A DNA stretch of 64,000 nucleotides from Dimorphilus gyrociliatus (Eukaryota; Animalia; Annelida), in contig CAJFCJ010000019.1 in the NCBI GenBank assembly GCA_904063045.1, positions 1,168,570 through 1,232,569 on the forward strand, in the 5' to 3' direction. Shown one piece after another: positions 46,127 to 60,001 of the stretch; within the stretch, counting starts at the first letter, position 1, and each line of letters begins with the position of its first letter. A program made the translations under genes and the position numbers. Below the pieces are notes generated by a model. That model was not told the DNA's origin. It ran no database searches and saw nothing but the letters and a program-made list of their open reading frames with translations.

Positions 46127-48847
46127 TTAAAGATCATCGCTTTGAAAGCTTTTCTTGATATTAACGTGAGGGTATTGTTTTACCAAGTCCAAATAGATTT
46201 TCCCATTTATCTCTTCGCAAAACGATATATCTAATAACTGCAGATTTTCGCATTTATCTAAAATTCTATAAGAGAAATAAATCGTTTAAGTATATGCAGA
46301 ATAATTGTTGAATAAATAACTAACAGTTTTATTCCTCCTAGTGTAACCTCTGTTGTTCCTAGAATATCAAACTGCTCCAATTGAGGGCAATATTTGGCGA
46401 TAGTTTGTAAATCCAGATCGCTAACAGTTCTATTTGAAATAAAACTCAGATAGAAGATGGGAAAGATTTTTAACTCGATTTCAATAGGATTATTTACCTT
46501 GTTGCCGTTAAAAAGAGCTTTTTCATTTTACGACAATTTTCGGCTAGTTTCCTTAGACATCCACAATTAGATTCTACTTTACTATTGGTATAAGAGGGAA
46601 AAAAACAAAATCCTCTTATAAGCAAACAGATATGAAATTGAAGATTTGCTGGATAAGATAAAAAAAACTAACCACCATCCAATATCTAATTCTTCCAATT
46701 GCTTACATTCCGCCAAAGAGTTAATACTAAGACTTGTTATATCTTTCGCTCTCCATATATCAAGACCCTTTAAGTTTCTAATTATTACAAAAATTCAAAA
46801 CATCTTTTAATTAATTGATGTCGTTTAATAAATAAAAGAAACTTACCGACAGTTATTACTTAACTTGACAACAATATCACCACAATTTCTCAGCGTTGAG
46901 CAGGAACCGATATTTAAATGTTCTAAACTTGAACATTTCCTTTAATTAAAAGTAAAACAAATCAGCAAATTAATTAATTTTGAATAATAAAAAAATAGAG
47001 AGAGAGAGAGAGAGAGGGAAATAGAATACACCTACATTATAAATTGGTATAAAGAGAAATAATCAATATTAGTTCTGTACAAATTCAATTTTTTTAACTT
47101 GTTTAAACGAACCAATGGAGAGAATTCATTTGTATTTATACAACTTGCAATATTTAATTCCTCTAATTTAGGACAGTTGCTACATATAGCATCGAAGCAA
47201 TTATCATTTAAAAATTCACAACCACTTAATCTCAAGACTATTAAGTTCTTTTCCAAATTGAGAAGAAATCTGTTTTTAAAAAGAAAAAAATATCGTAATT
47301 TGGGTATTTGTACATTTTAAATCAACAAGAAAAAAACAGGCCATTATAATAAAATATTGATAATTAAAAATAGATTTCTGTATAAAAAATGATAAATTGA
47401 ATAAAGAGTGTATAGATATTCTTTTTACTTATTGAAAGCGTTGAAGCTAATAAAATTATGGCCGCCACACCAAGACAAATTTATTCGTTCTAATTTCCGA
47501 CACCTGCTTGTTAGGGATTCAAGTGAAGAATCTTTAATCTTTAATAAGCATAATAATTGTGAAATATAAGATGGAATGATAAAAATTATAATTAATACAT
47601 TAGGCCAATAGGGTTGTAAATCCAGTTCTTTATATAATAAACGGTCATAGCAGTGCTGGTGTAGAAGTCTGTAATTTTCCACTTAGTATCTCATAATAAG
47701 AGGGAAAAAAATTGAAATACCGGCATGTAGATGCTAAATTACAAAGTGATGCAGTATCTAAGTAGAGAAGAATAAGTTGTATTACTTCTTCCTGTTGACA
47801 TTTCAAATAGTAATGATTGTTTCTTAAAGTATTTAGACATACCGGTAATGATTCGAAAAAATTTTCTTTTTGCGTCTCCGAGTTACCAAACAAATTGATG
47901 TTCTCATATTTTTTTGACAACGCAGAAACGTCATCATCCTCTCTATCAACAGAGGATCCTTCATCTTCTTCAAAAGATAAGGGAATACCAAGCATTTGCA
48001 CGCAATCAATTTCATTGTAATAATGAAGCTCTGAATGGTTCATTTCGATTCGAATTAAGCTTTAAAATATTCGTAAATATCAGTAAATAAAATCTACTCA
48101 ATAAATTAATTCTAATACAAACTCAGTATAGAATTGAACTTGTTTGCAGTTTGCTTTCAGAATATGACATTTGTTATCATTGTATGACCTTATCGGACCC
48201 GACCACAATAGTAACCAAGAGTGAACTTCATTAGATTTTAAATTCTTTAATTTTGCGCCCCATATTTTGATAACCGAGCCAGGGTGATAAGTTTCGAAAA
48301 TTTTAATTTGTATAGGAATCACTATCCGTTCGAATTTCAATTCTGAGCAAATGTTAGTAGACGGTTTCATTTAATTTATGTAACATTTTAAGAGACATAT
48401 AAGGATAACAGTATACTTTATATATACATATAAATTTATATAAATATATATATAGCTATATGTGTGTGTATGATATTAATATTTATCAATTTGACAAACC
48501 GATGAAATCTTCTCCGTAAAAATTATGGCCTTTATTAATAAACGGTTTTGATGCGGATGGACACTTATTCCACCATGGCCCATATGTTCGCTAATGAAAA
48601 TACAATTTAAGTCATTAAAATATGACAGGGCTGTTTATATTTGTCTAAGAATAAACACTAAAATATCGCTCTATATTTCGAAACGTACCATAACACTTGT
48701 CTGGGTAAAATCCCCATATTTTGGATAAATACTAGTATCACCGCATATATTTGCTACTGTATATGATAAACTATCGTTCCTGCCATATTGAGATGTGAAA
48801 TACGTCACTTTACTAGCATTTTGTTCGCAATAGCAGCTATTTTCCAT
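46127..48847 (-). CDS. FBXL4: F-box/LRR protein 4 (mitophagy suppressor)
   Basis: FTSQYG...SYTVANI...GDFTQT|RTYGPWWNKCPS; ETYHPGSVIKI; F-box LP|EEVIQLILLYLD; LDLQPYW; ends HVNIKKSFQSDDL*. Confidence 0.92.
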
Positions 48848-48850
48848 GGC

Positions 48851-48871
48851 ATCACGTGACTGTCACGTGAT
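48851..48871. promoter_or_regulatory. Perfect inverted pair of CLEAR-type E-boxes in the FBXL4/AP4M1 bidirectional promoter
   Basis: ATCACGTGAC-T-GTCACGTGAT: 10-bp perfect inverted repeat with a 1-nt spacer. Confidence 0.7.
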
Positions 48872-49062
48872 ACGAAAATAATGAATATTTCGTTTACAAA
48901 TTCTATACTTTGAATAAACTCAAAAGTCATTAACTATTATCTCTTCACAAATTGTAACTAAAGAGGTCTTCTGTGGGTAAACATTTTGGAGGTTCTATGT
49001 ATCTTTGTCTCATAAAAAGAAAGCCCATAGATATCGAGCTTTGAAAAAGATACTATATCATT

Positions 49063-51396
49063 ATGGGCGATAATATAAATGAGGATGAATGGGAGAAAAG
49101 CGAATGTATTGTATCCGAATTTTTCATAACAGATAGTCATGGTAGTCCTTTAATATTCAAGGTATCGAAGCCTATTAATAAATGTTATGCATTTATATAT
49201 TGGAGATTTTCACGTGTAACAGAGATATCGTCCAGATATAGAAGAAGATTCCATTAGTATTTTTTCATCTGTTTTACAAGAAAAGAAATGGCAAGATCTA
49301 TTTGCCCCCCAGCTTGCTAAATAATGTTTACAAAAAGTCTTATCCTGCTGGTAGATGTATAATATAGGGAATTTTAGTATTTTCAAATATGATATAGTTT
49401 TATAATAAGGAAAACATAGCATTTTATAAACTTAAGAAACTTTCGGTGAAAATCAAAGTAAATTAGTATGGTTAAACTCTCGTTTAAATGTTTTATTCGA
49501 AAAAGAAAACAAAAAAAAATCCTATTTTATTAATTGAAAGTTATTAGCTTTCCCAGAGAATCAATATTTTGAAAGTCAGGATTTGATATAACGTTTAAGC
49601 TTATGACATTGATTGGTTAATGTCAACATAATAAATTAGCCAATTGTTTAATCAACTGTGGGGTTAATAGTGAAGCAGAGAAGGAACTTCTAGGTTCGGA
49701 TTGCATGGTAAACATTTTGTAAACCTTAATGAAATCCGTGTTATATAATACTACTTTATATCGATTAGGTAAAAAATGGTGTGCATTTGACAAGTTTGGA
49801 AAAGGAAGGAGTATTTTTCGTCTTGGTGTCCAAAAATAATGGCTACGCCTTTATATCTCATTTGCTTCTACAGTTCGTTATCCAATTGATTTTAACTCTT
49901 TGCATAAAAATTATTGAGAAAAATATTATTTATTCAAATAGTATAGCTCATCTGGTAAAAGAATTTTGTGGAAGTGTTTGTGAGGAAGCAGTCAAAGCCA
50001 ATTGGATGTTAATATACGAAATACTAGAAGAAATCATAGTAAGCTCTAAATCGATATGTATATGGAAAAGTAATACTCTTATTTCATAATTCAGGATAGT
50101 GGCTACGTGCAAATAACGAGCGTTGCGAGGTTAAAACCTCTTATTCAAGCTCAACCCATTCTCATTCATCCAAAAACGACTCAGTACGGCTTCGTAAGTA
50201 AAGAAAATATTTACTCTCTATAAAGATAACCAAGCGATCGACCTAATTTTTAGTTCGGTTTGGAAAAAACTACCGATTATAATGCCGAATCAAAACCCGT
50301 GATACAACCAGCCTGGGAGCAGGTACCTAAAAATCCATCACATCAAACATATATCGGATTCAATATTAGATAAAGAGAAAATTAATTACAAAATACAATA
50401 GCTTCAGAGGAAGAATGACGTATACGTGGACGTAATAGAAAAAATGAATTTGGAGATGGAAAGAAATGGCACAGTAAAATCTTCTAACATCCGAGGGTTG
50501 ATCAAAATGAAAGCGTTCATAGAAAAGCAAACAGATATTAAACTGACGTTTCAAACGCCCATAGACGTAGAACAGGAAGGCGATTTACGTCAACTATTTA
50601 GTAAGTTCATGTAATTAAATTGACCACGGACTAAATGCAATTTCTAACCTAGATACAAATCGAATAAGGCTGAGCGAAATTAAAATAAACGATTGTGTAA
50701 GGGAGAACGATTTAGAGAATAAGAGAACGTGTATAGTCAGACCTAAAGAGGGAGAAGTATATAATAAGAATCGCATATTATAAGCTTCGTAAGATTCAGA
50801 GCAAATTTTTCTTATTCCTAGTTTACAATATTGGAGTATAAGCAAGAACGCGAATTCGGGCACATCGTACCAATTCGAGCGTCTCTTACGTGTCGCGAAA
50901 ACGATTCGTCGGCGTACGTTCTCGACGCGACCTTGAGCCTTCGTTTAATTGCCGTCATTAACACGGCACTCGAAGCTATTAACGTGACCGTACGAATAGC
51001 CGTTCCGGCTTTGGTCGAAAATGCTTCTATCTATTCGCCTAAAAATTTACCGAATGGATCTTTTGACTTTGACCGACGGACTAGCATCGTCAAGTGGAAG
51101 GTAAAGAGGATAAAGGCTGGCGAAGAATGTCTATTACCCTTCAAAGTAGGCTTACTTCTTCCCCTTATCGTTTAGTTTATTTTTTAAACGCTTCTTACCC
51201 TCATTGTTTATTTATTCAGCTGCACTATTCGGATGAGCGACCAATAAAAGAGGATATGGGACCCATTTACGTCAACTTTGAATTGTCGGGATTTACCTGC
51301 TCTGGAATTCGAGTAACGAGCATGCAACTTGGATCGGAATCGATTCGCTCTTGGATTCGGCACGTCACTCTCGCAGACGATTACCGAATAATTTAA
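49063..51396 (+). CDS. AP4M1: AP-4 complex subunit mu
   Basis: [17 protein letters not shown] ~ ISQFFILSSKGDPLIYK; [25 protein letters not shown]|DSGYVQ; NDVYVDVIE; [13 protein letters not shown]...[11 protein letters not shown]. Confidence 0.82.
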
Positions 51397-51436
51397 ACGA
51401 ACTTTTATTCATGTACACTTTATAATTATAACGGAC

Positions 51437-51505
51437 ATATATGTATATTCATGTATGTATATAATTATATTTATACTTAAATATGTATACATATACCATA
51501 TACAT

Positions 51506-51552
<47 letters not shown>

Positions 51553-51615
51553 CTCATATATATATATATATATATCCATATATATACATATATACATATA
51601 TACATATATACATAT

Positions 51616-51665
<50 letters not shown>
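51437..51665. repeat. Compound (AT)n/(ATAC)n microsatellite tract between convergent AP4M1 and RGS7 ends
   Basis: Read directly; source of several spurious Y/I-rich ORFs. Confidence 0.95.
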
Positions 51666-51669
<4 letters not shown>

Positions 51670-51818
51670 TGTATATATTTCATGTATATATGAGTAAAAG
51701 TTCAGCAGCAAACGCGGGTATCTGCATGTAATCAGCACGTGGTAGCGGCCATTTCGCGCAATTTTCTTACTTCACTAGCGAAACGGCGTTTTGCACTCTG
51801 TGAAGGAATTTTACAGAG

Positions 51819-54737
51819 TCAAGTTGAACCACCCATACTCAAACTCGGCAGTTTTGGTATGATAGATCGTACAGCGGGCTGCAAGCAAAAAGCACAAAAC
51901 GGAAAAAAAAGTAGAAAAAAGAGTGTTGTGTGCATATAAATATAAAAAGTATAAATATACATTGAAGCTTCGTGCGCGTGCCGTAGATAAAAGTAAAAAC
52001 GAGGGGATTATAGTAAAAAGCTCCGCTCTTTTACACAAGCGCGGATTTTTACCGCAATATAAAAATATTAAAAGTAAAATAAATGGAAAGATAAAATTAT
52101 AAAATTTTTAAGGATAATCATATGAAATCGAAAAGGAAGAGAAAGAAATTTTGTAAATAAAAAGAGAGATGACAATTAGAATAAAAAAATTTTTTTTTAA
52201 AAGTCATTTACAGCAAATTTAGTAATATTTAGATATTTTGGTAAGAGTAGACCTTAATTATATAGTAATATTACACGATTATATGAGATGAAAACGATTC
52301 CTACCTTCTTTTTCGTTCCGCCTACGAATTCCTTATACATATCGGAACGTAAATATCGGCTATAACTGTCACTCTTCATTAGCTTAAATATGTGCTCCTG
52401 TCGAACAAAGATAATTAGGGATTGACCAGGTCAATACGGTTAGAAAGCGATAGGGGGAGAATGATAAAAGAGGATCAGCATACCTCCGCCTCTTCAAAGC
52501 AATAACGATCTTGGGGCGACTGCTGGAGACGTTTCTTCACACCCTCAGAAACGCGGCTGTCGACGTTAATCGGATCGTGGGCGCCTGGAGCTAGAAATTC
52601 CTGATAGATTTGGGCGACGCGAGATTCGACGTTCTTGAGCGCCACGTATTTAAGCTGCTGGCAGGCCTCCCAGAATCTCAGGTTTTCCGTGCTGAATTCG
52701 TTGGCTAGGAAGCGCGTAAAATGTTCCCGCCCTGCGGCGTCCTTGAGCAGTTCATGAATGGAGAAAGCCCACCTGCGTACACGTCGAGCAGATATGTTGG
52801 TTAAGGAAGATTCTTGTTCCCAGAACTCGCAGTTATCCGAAATCCAAGGATTAGAGCATTCCGGTGGGGTTATGAACGAATCGTATTCAACATATTGACC
52901 AAAATAAGAAATATATGATTCGGCAACCTTGGATATCTTAACTCGACGCCTTTCCAACATCATTCTTAGTCGGCTAACTTCGGCTTGCGCTTGTTCGACA
53001 GGATTTGTTAAATCCGATTCAGAAACAGTTGGACTTAAACGGCCTCCTGGTACATTGTAATTGACCTTCATAGGCGTACGACGCCTTGACCGGCAGGTCT
53101 TTTTAATATCAGCCTCGGTTGTATTTACACAACCTGGTGGCGGCCTATGGACGTCCCAAAAAGCCCGTTCCTGGCTATCGAGAACCTTCCTTTCCAACTT
53201 GTCTCGTTTCCTATCCACCTTTGCTTGAGCTTCGGCTTGCATAAAGATGAATTCCCATTTACGCGAGAACATCTTTTGTAATCTCGCCAGGTTTTCCGCC
53301 TCGTAGTCAGCCAGTTCGAGGCGTTGTTTATTCTGCATTGTTCTTTTGCATAAATAGACGGCATAGTCGGTATTTTCCGGCTCTCCGCTTTTAGACGGCC
53401 AAAAGCATGGCGTCTGGAATCTACCGGAAACGGAAAGCATTCGTATATATTTACAGAAGGAAAATATACATTAGACATATTTTTTTCAGTTAGTATAAAA
53501 ATTACCTGTAATAAGCGTTATCGTTCTTCACCGTTAATATGTGATCGTCGATTGGGAAGAGATAACCGTGAGCGGCCATTAAGTGCGCAACGTGTAGAGC
53601 TTCGACTGTAATTAGGCGAGGGGTACGAAATCATACAAGTTTTACAGATTACGAAATTACTATTATTTTCTTACTCGTATCGTCCACTTTTAACTGCCTC
53701 GTCATCCAATTTATCAGATCACATCCAGTGAAGACGCTGGGAATTTTTGACATGAAACTTTTAACTGTCCTTACTGGAATGCCATTATTCTCGTCCTGCA
53801 TCTTCTCAACGATCTCTTCGATCTGTTGATGATGAATAGATATTAGTTGATACAATGTTACAAACAAGCAAATCGAAAATGATTCTCTCTTTCTTTCCCT
53901 CTCTCTCTCCCTCTCTCTGTGATTGTATATATATATATATATATATATACAATCATCTCAAATGCCTTTCCACACATCTGCCAGCATAAACTCTACATTA
54001 AATATTTTACCTTAGCATGGAATATAGATGGAAATTTGTAATGTGTTTGGTACTATCTACTCTGAGACTGCACATATTATTTATATACAAGCAATATAGC
54101 GAATGCTATAAAGCATATATACAGTAGACATATAGGAATATAGGAGTGTGATGAAATCAACGGTAGCCGTCTTCCTATTGTTTTCTTAAACCGGAAACAC
54201 ACCCGCACACACCACGAATATATTCAGTATGTAAACAAGAGACTGTAAACTTAGAAGCGGAAAGGCTACTACGGAGCGTCTCCATTGCTGTCCGAAAGGG
54301 GGGATAAATGAAAAAAAAACGCTCGCCAAAGTAACGAAGCTAATTATTTAGGCCACGTCGAGTCGAATCAGGCGATTAGAATAAAATATGAAAGAGGCAA
54401 GTGTGAATAATAAACGAGTTTTATTGAACAGGCGCAGGCACGTGGATCAGTGAAAATTCTCGGAAGAACAAGCATGAATCGTACAGCCGCCCCAGTCAAT
54501 GCGACCGTCTATCGATCAGTAATTTATAAGCAAGCCAATTTTTTTAATTATCTTTAAATCAAATTATATATTTCATACCTTATGATAAGCCTGACGGTTC
54601 GGGTTATCATCGTACTTTTGAGGCAGTTGATTAGTCGAGCATGTCGCCGTCTTCTTCTCGTTATCCTGTTTATTCGAGCCGTTCGCCGGCTTCGAACGGC
54701 TACACTGTTCATTTCGCTTACTGTAGCGGTGAGCCAT
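51819..54737 (-). CDS. RGS7: R7-family RGS protein (DEP/DHEX, GGL, RGS); last exon alternative
   Basis: [11 protein letters not shown]|[33 protein letters not shown]; [30 protein letters not shown]; SNPWISD (GGL); RVRRWAFS...[10 protein letters not shown]; [18 protein letters not shown]. Confidence 0.93.
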
Positions 54738-55114
54738 TTAGCCTACACATTACGTCATTATCCTATTGTCGCGACGTCCAGCGTCGGCTACCAAGCAACA
54801 TTTTAACCGAATGCTAACCGTCTTCACCGCCATGTTGAATTCGAATATATAACAGCTGAGATGAAGCAAACCGATTTTAACGCCATCTTTCTCATCTCTT
54901 CGTCCCTTTCCCCCCTTTTCCTCCCCCCTCTTTTTCACTCTCAGTGAAAATGTTGAAATACGCTAGATGACACTACCATCGGGACTTTTTCAAATTGTTC
55001 GATCTGAATCATCCCCGGCAAATTTCCCCCCACCTCCGCCAATAGGCCTATTAAACCTGTTGAGAAGGGGCAAATTTTTTTAGTAAACGGCACTTGTTGT
55101 TGAACGACTAAAAC

Positions 55115-56328
55115 ATGACGAATTCTCTATCAAACTCGACTGTAAGTATATCTTTCTGCCTTTTCTCACGAATAAGACTGTTAGAATAGGAGAATATAGG
55201 GTAGGAGGAAAAACAATTTCGCGTGTCCTATTCAACTTATTTACCAAACTCTTGCGAAACATCCGGCTCTATATTTTTTGTCTAAAAAATTTCACCGTAT
55301 TCGTATTTGTTTGAATATTTAAGATTATTCTTGGACTTGTCTGCTGTACGCTTCTCTACGTTCCAACTTTATCGAAATGGTGCGAGGATGGAGAAGCTGA
55401 TATGATGATTATTGTCGATGCCTCTATAAATGGTACAAGTTTCCAAAAGCAGATTGATCTTTTTAAATCAGTTGTTCAGCATTTACCGTTAATTTCATCA
55501 TCTTATAAGGAATGGGGACGAATTCGGATTGGTCTAGTCAGCTACTCGTGCTTTTCCAACGCTATTTTACGTTCTAGACAGGGAACGGACAGTAAGACAT
55601 TAATATTGGCTTTGGATAGGATAAAGGGTGAAACCTCAATTGACAACGATTGCGCGGTAAACGTACAGCATAGCATCGTTAACACAGCCCTCAATGGAAT
55701 GGACTCGTCTAAATTACGTATGCTAGTTTTAACAGTATTAGGGCCAGTGTTGTCGTCGGAGAAGAATAATTGGATATTAGGCGCAAATTTATTTTCAGCC
55801 AGATCAGAAGGAGTAAGAATATTTGTTTTAAGTAACGAGACGACAAAGAATTCTCTTAAAAGTTATTCCTCTAAACCTCATCGCCATTACATGTCAACGA
55901 TTGATAATTTTTCAAGTTTAAAAACGATTTATCACCTATTAACGGTAGAAGTCATATTTACATCGGACTTGATAGATAAACATCACTTACATAACATTGA
56001 AAAGATCAGTCAAAGATTATGTAAGACTCAATGCAGAGCAAAATATATAAAAGATCATCTAAATTCATATTTGAAATCAGAGATTCGACCTTCTTCCGGA
56101 CAAACTATCATCTTTTACATTACAGATCGTATTAGTCATAGCTTGAAAGAAATTGGTAAAATTGTAAAAAAGAGATCAAAAGTAACGCTCGTATGCGTTA
56201 CGTTAAAAGCTCGCATAAAAAGAAAATTAAGACATATTTGTGGCGTTAATCATTTATATTTACCGAATTTACGAGTTGGACATTTTCATAAACACTTAGA
56301 AAGAGAAAAATGCTTGACGCATTATTAA
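55115..56328 (+). CDS. Secreted von Willebrand A-domain protein with degenerate MIDAS, about 343 aa; exons 55115-55141 and 55324-56328
   Basis: Phase-0 splice gives MTNSLSNST|IILGLVCCTLLYVPTLS (signal peptide), then ADMMIIVDAS...RIGLVSYS...VRIFVL VWA strands. Confidence 0.7.
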
Positions 56329-56446
56329 TATTAAGTAAGAAATAATAAGAAAAAACCGACATTTTTTTGTTATTAATTCTCTTTTGTATATATTGTATAT
56401 AAAGAAAATAAATAACTGTTTATATATATTAATATGTTACTTTCAT

Positions 56447-58338
56447 TCACGTGTTAACGGGAGTGTCTTCAGCTATTTGTAGCAGTGTATCAAGTATTTG
56501 CTGTTGTTTTTCCATATATTTTACGTTTGCTTCAATTGCGACTAGTAACATAAAGAATCGATTCAAGGACTTTCTTGACCTGAATTAATTCGTAATTCAT
56601 AATCCGCTTATCGTCGAGCAACAAACACTTACTCTTCATCAACGTCTGGATAGTAGTCGTCAATAGTTTTTCGAATTTTTTCCTCGTCGTCTTGTTCTCC
56701 AGCTGATTATTTTTGTATCAAGCCGGGATTTAGATTTATTGGAAAAAAAAAAGAGAAAAAGGATTAAACGACTTCTAATGTAAACTAGAGTTTACGTTGG
56801 AAATCTGTAGACGAATCGTCGTTGTAGTCTTTTACATCTTCTGAAAGTGTTTCGTCCTTCTGCCAAACGCCTTTAGGTTCCTTACCATTATCTTTTGGAC
56901 TATATAATGATAACTGAAAATTGTCAACAAGTACAGCCACGAAAAGACTAAAAAAAGTGGTCCTTTTGAATAATTCATAGCAATAATAAAAACTTAGTGT
57001 GTATATATACTTTAGAAAAATGAAATATTCTACAACTATGTAAATGAAGAGATATATAATTATATGCCATTTACCTGTTTCAATAGAAATGAGCAATACT
57101 GATTTTAATACTAATTTAATAAAATTAAACGATATTTTCATACTTTTATCCTTTTTAACAATGCTATTTGAAATATTCGACCAATCATCCAAAGTAAGAA
57201 GTTGGAAAAGCGTAAAATGCGCTTTCAATATGTTACCAAAACGCTCTTCGTCGGTATTCGCGTATAACAATCGGCCTATAACTGCAAATATATCTTCAGA
57301 AAACTTGTTAAGGGTATTTCTCTGCTTAATGAATATATTACTAGTGAAAAGAATTGTTATGCAAAGAATCTATATAGAGAGAATGAATCCGTAAAATTAA
57401 GGATACACATAAACAATATAATAATCATTGCAATGGCGCTAATGGATTGAATCGATTGAACTAAAGTAGCCATTACGACTTGTAAATTGGATAAGAATCT
57501 GATGGTCCTCAAAACCCGAACTGCCCTAATGGCTCTGACTGCCCGAAATATCCTTAACAATCGGAATATTGTTGCACCATTAAAATTTGATGTTGACGCA
57601 TAAGCAACCAATAAAATATCAAGCCAATTCGTTAAAACGATAAAAAAATCTATATAAATAAAAATTCATAGTGTAATATAAATATATCTATATCACAAAA
57701 AAATAAATAAGGTATAATAAATTTCATTAAGCGTTCTAACTGGGTTTTTGGTGTTTTTCTTTTTTATTATCGAGCATAATAAATATCTTACCCAACGTAT
57801 TCCATTTTTCCCTAAAGAATCCACACCGCCAAACGTAAACCTTTAGGCATAATTCCCACAAGTAAATCCCTCCGAATACGTGATCAATTCCCTCCAAATA
57901 CCATTTAGCATGTATTTCGAAATCTTCAAAAGTTTGCATAATTAGGATTATTGTATTTAACAGGATAATAACCATGATAAATGAAGAAAATCCGTTAGAT
58001 GTTACTAAATTCAGTATACATGGTCGCCAAGAATTCCAATGAAATAACTCCCTATAAGTTAACTTTTCTTGATTAAATATTGTCGTATTCGACTGGTAAA
58101 AGTTGTTTGTTCTGTGCCAAATTTCTTGATCAGATATTGCATTTTCCTGACTCAGCTTCCCCTCCGGATCAATTTCATTGATTGTTTTATACGATGTTCT
58201 AGAATTTTTCTCTTCTGCGGTTAAAGAATCAACAACAACACCCTTTTTATTCTCCTGATTATTCCCCGCATTAGGTTGTCTATCTAGTCCATCAACAGAT
58301 ACGGATTCATAGTAATCCCATAAACCACGGCCAAACAT
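56447..58338 (-). CDS. CATSPER1: Cation channel sperm-associated protein 1-like (single 6-TM Ca2+ channel subunit)
   Basis: S1-S6; S4 FRLLRIFRAVRAIRAVRVLRTIRFL; pore FTLFQLLTLDDW (TLDDW at 57181-57195 is the CatSper1 signature); S6 YIVVEYFIFL|NLFVAVLVDNFQ; coiled C-terminus. Confidence 0.85.
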
Positions 58339-60001
58339 GATTATCTCCTATCATACAATGGAATAATATATTCATGGAAAAAACACTTATAAATAGAATA
58401 ATTCGAAAAAGAAGAATATTTTTAAAATTCTTAGAATTAAAAAGTCGAAAATTGTCCAAGCTTCTGGACATTGAAAATAAAAACAATAGTAGGCCTATAA
58501 ATTATGGAACAATATTTTATTCTAATAACAGCGAAGAGTGTTCTGTGTAAAAATTTGTTGCAAAAGGATCAAAATTAACACAAACATATAAAATACTCTC
58601 TAAAGTATATAGTATAAGAGAAATAAAGATCGAAGCATTACGTGAAAAGAAAACAATTGATTATTCTTAAGTTTTTATATTGTTTTTCCTTTAGATTTAC
58701 ATCAAAAACTGTAGAATAATTAAATATAGAATGGGGAAAGGAAGATAGATACAGAAAAGGAGAAAGAGACTGGAAAGAAATAGATAAATAAAAAATATTT
58801 TTAATGAACTAATGAATACATGGAAAGCGTTTGTTGTTCTTTTTTTCCTATTCTATATTTCATTCTAATTACGTCGTATTTCTAATGGAATGTGTATTAA
58901 TTTAATCAATTTTTATGTAGACAAAATATAAGTTTATCAAGTTACGTTAAAAACATCAAATCTGCATTTCCCATTAGGATTTACTTTGTTGTAATAATAG
59001 AACAATTGTAATGTGTTCTTTTTTTTTTTTTGCTTTTAGCGAAAAGAAACTATCCTTATCTAAAATAAAATGTAGTAATAATTTAAAAGAACATAATATC
59101 TCTTCAAATAATTCTCAGTTTTTTTTTCTAGTCTATTTCCTTGGCTGTCTGAATTTAAATAGGTGAAAGAGAGAGAGAGAGAGACGAAGGGAGGTAAGAC
59201 TCTTAAAGAATAAGAACATATACTATAAACAATAGAGGACATCTTAGTATTGTTAATTATTATCATTATTTCAACTATTTTTACATCTCGAAGAGAAATT
59301 GTAGAATGTAATAGGAAAAATGTGGAGATTAGTTTAGGTTTTGTATATATTACATTCACTAGAGGACATTACTCTATGATCTGGGAAAAATTTTTTGTTT
59401 TTCGTTCTACGGAATTTATTTATTATATTCTAAAGAAAACATATTCTATTCCATAATTATCTTTTTTTAATATAAATATGATATTTCAGTGTTAATAATA
59501 GATAGGTTCGTTCGGAAATTGATTTTCGGATATCATTATGTTTCTTTCGTAATTTTAGAAGTGAAAAGAAACGCGCGCTATCTCTATTATACGAGCTGAA
59601 GAAAAATAGCTTATAAAAGACAGATGCTCAGAATTAGAGATATTAATGTTGTATGTTCAAAAAAAAGGAGGAAAATATCCAAGTCCTTGTGTATTAGATT
59701 TGACCAAAGTCTACATAGATTAATTAGTTTCTAAAAAGCTGTTTCATGTTTGATTGTAATAGTCGCCATGTTGATTTTGCCTATTTTGCCTAAATCTAGG
59801 CCTAAAGAGCGGCCCTTGTACAGATTGTCAAGTATTCAATTTCCGATTACATTAATAAATCGATAATTAAATTAAGAAAATCTGTCGGTAAATATTATAA
59901 TAATTTCGTAGCAAACTACTAGCTATATTGTCAATCCTATAATTTTAGCAAGATATAGTAATAATTAGAGCGATAAAACAGTTTATTTCATATAAACAGA
60001 A

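Noticed and set aside
51409-51738. Several Y/I/H-rich ORFs, also at 1427-1666, 4142-4363 and 11692-11932
   Set aside because: Translations of (AT)n, (ATAC)n and (TATG)n microsatellites.
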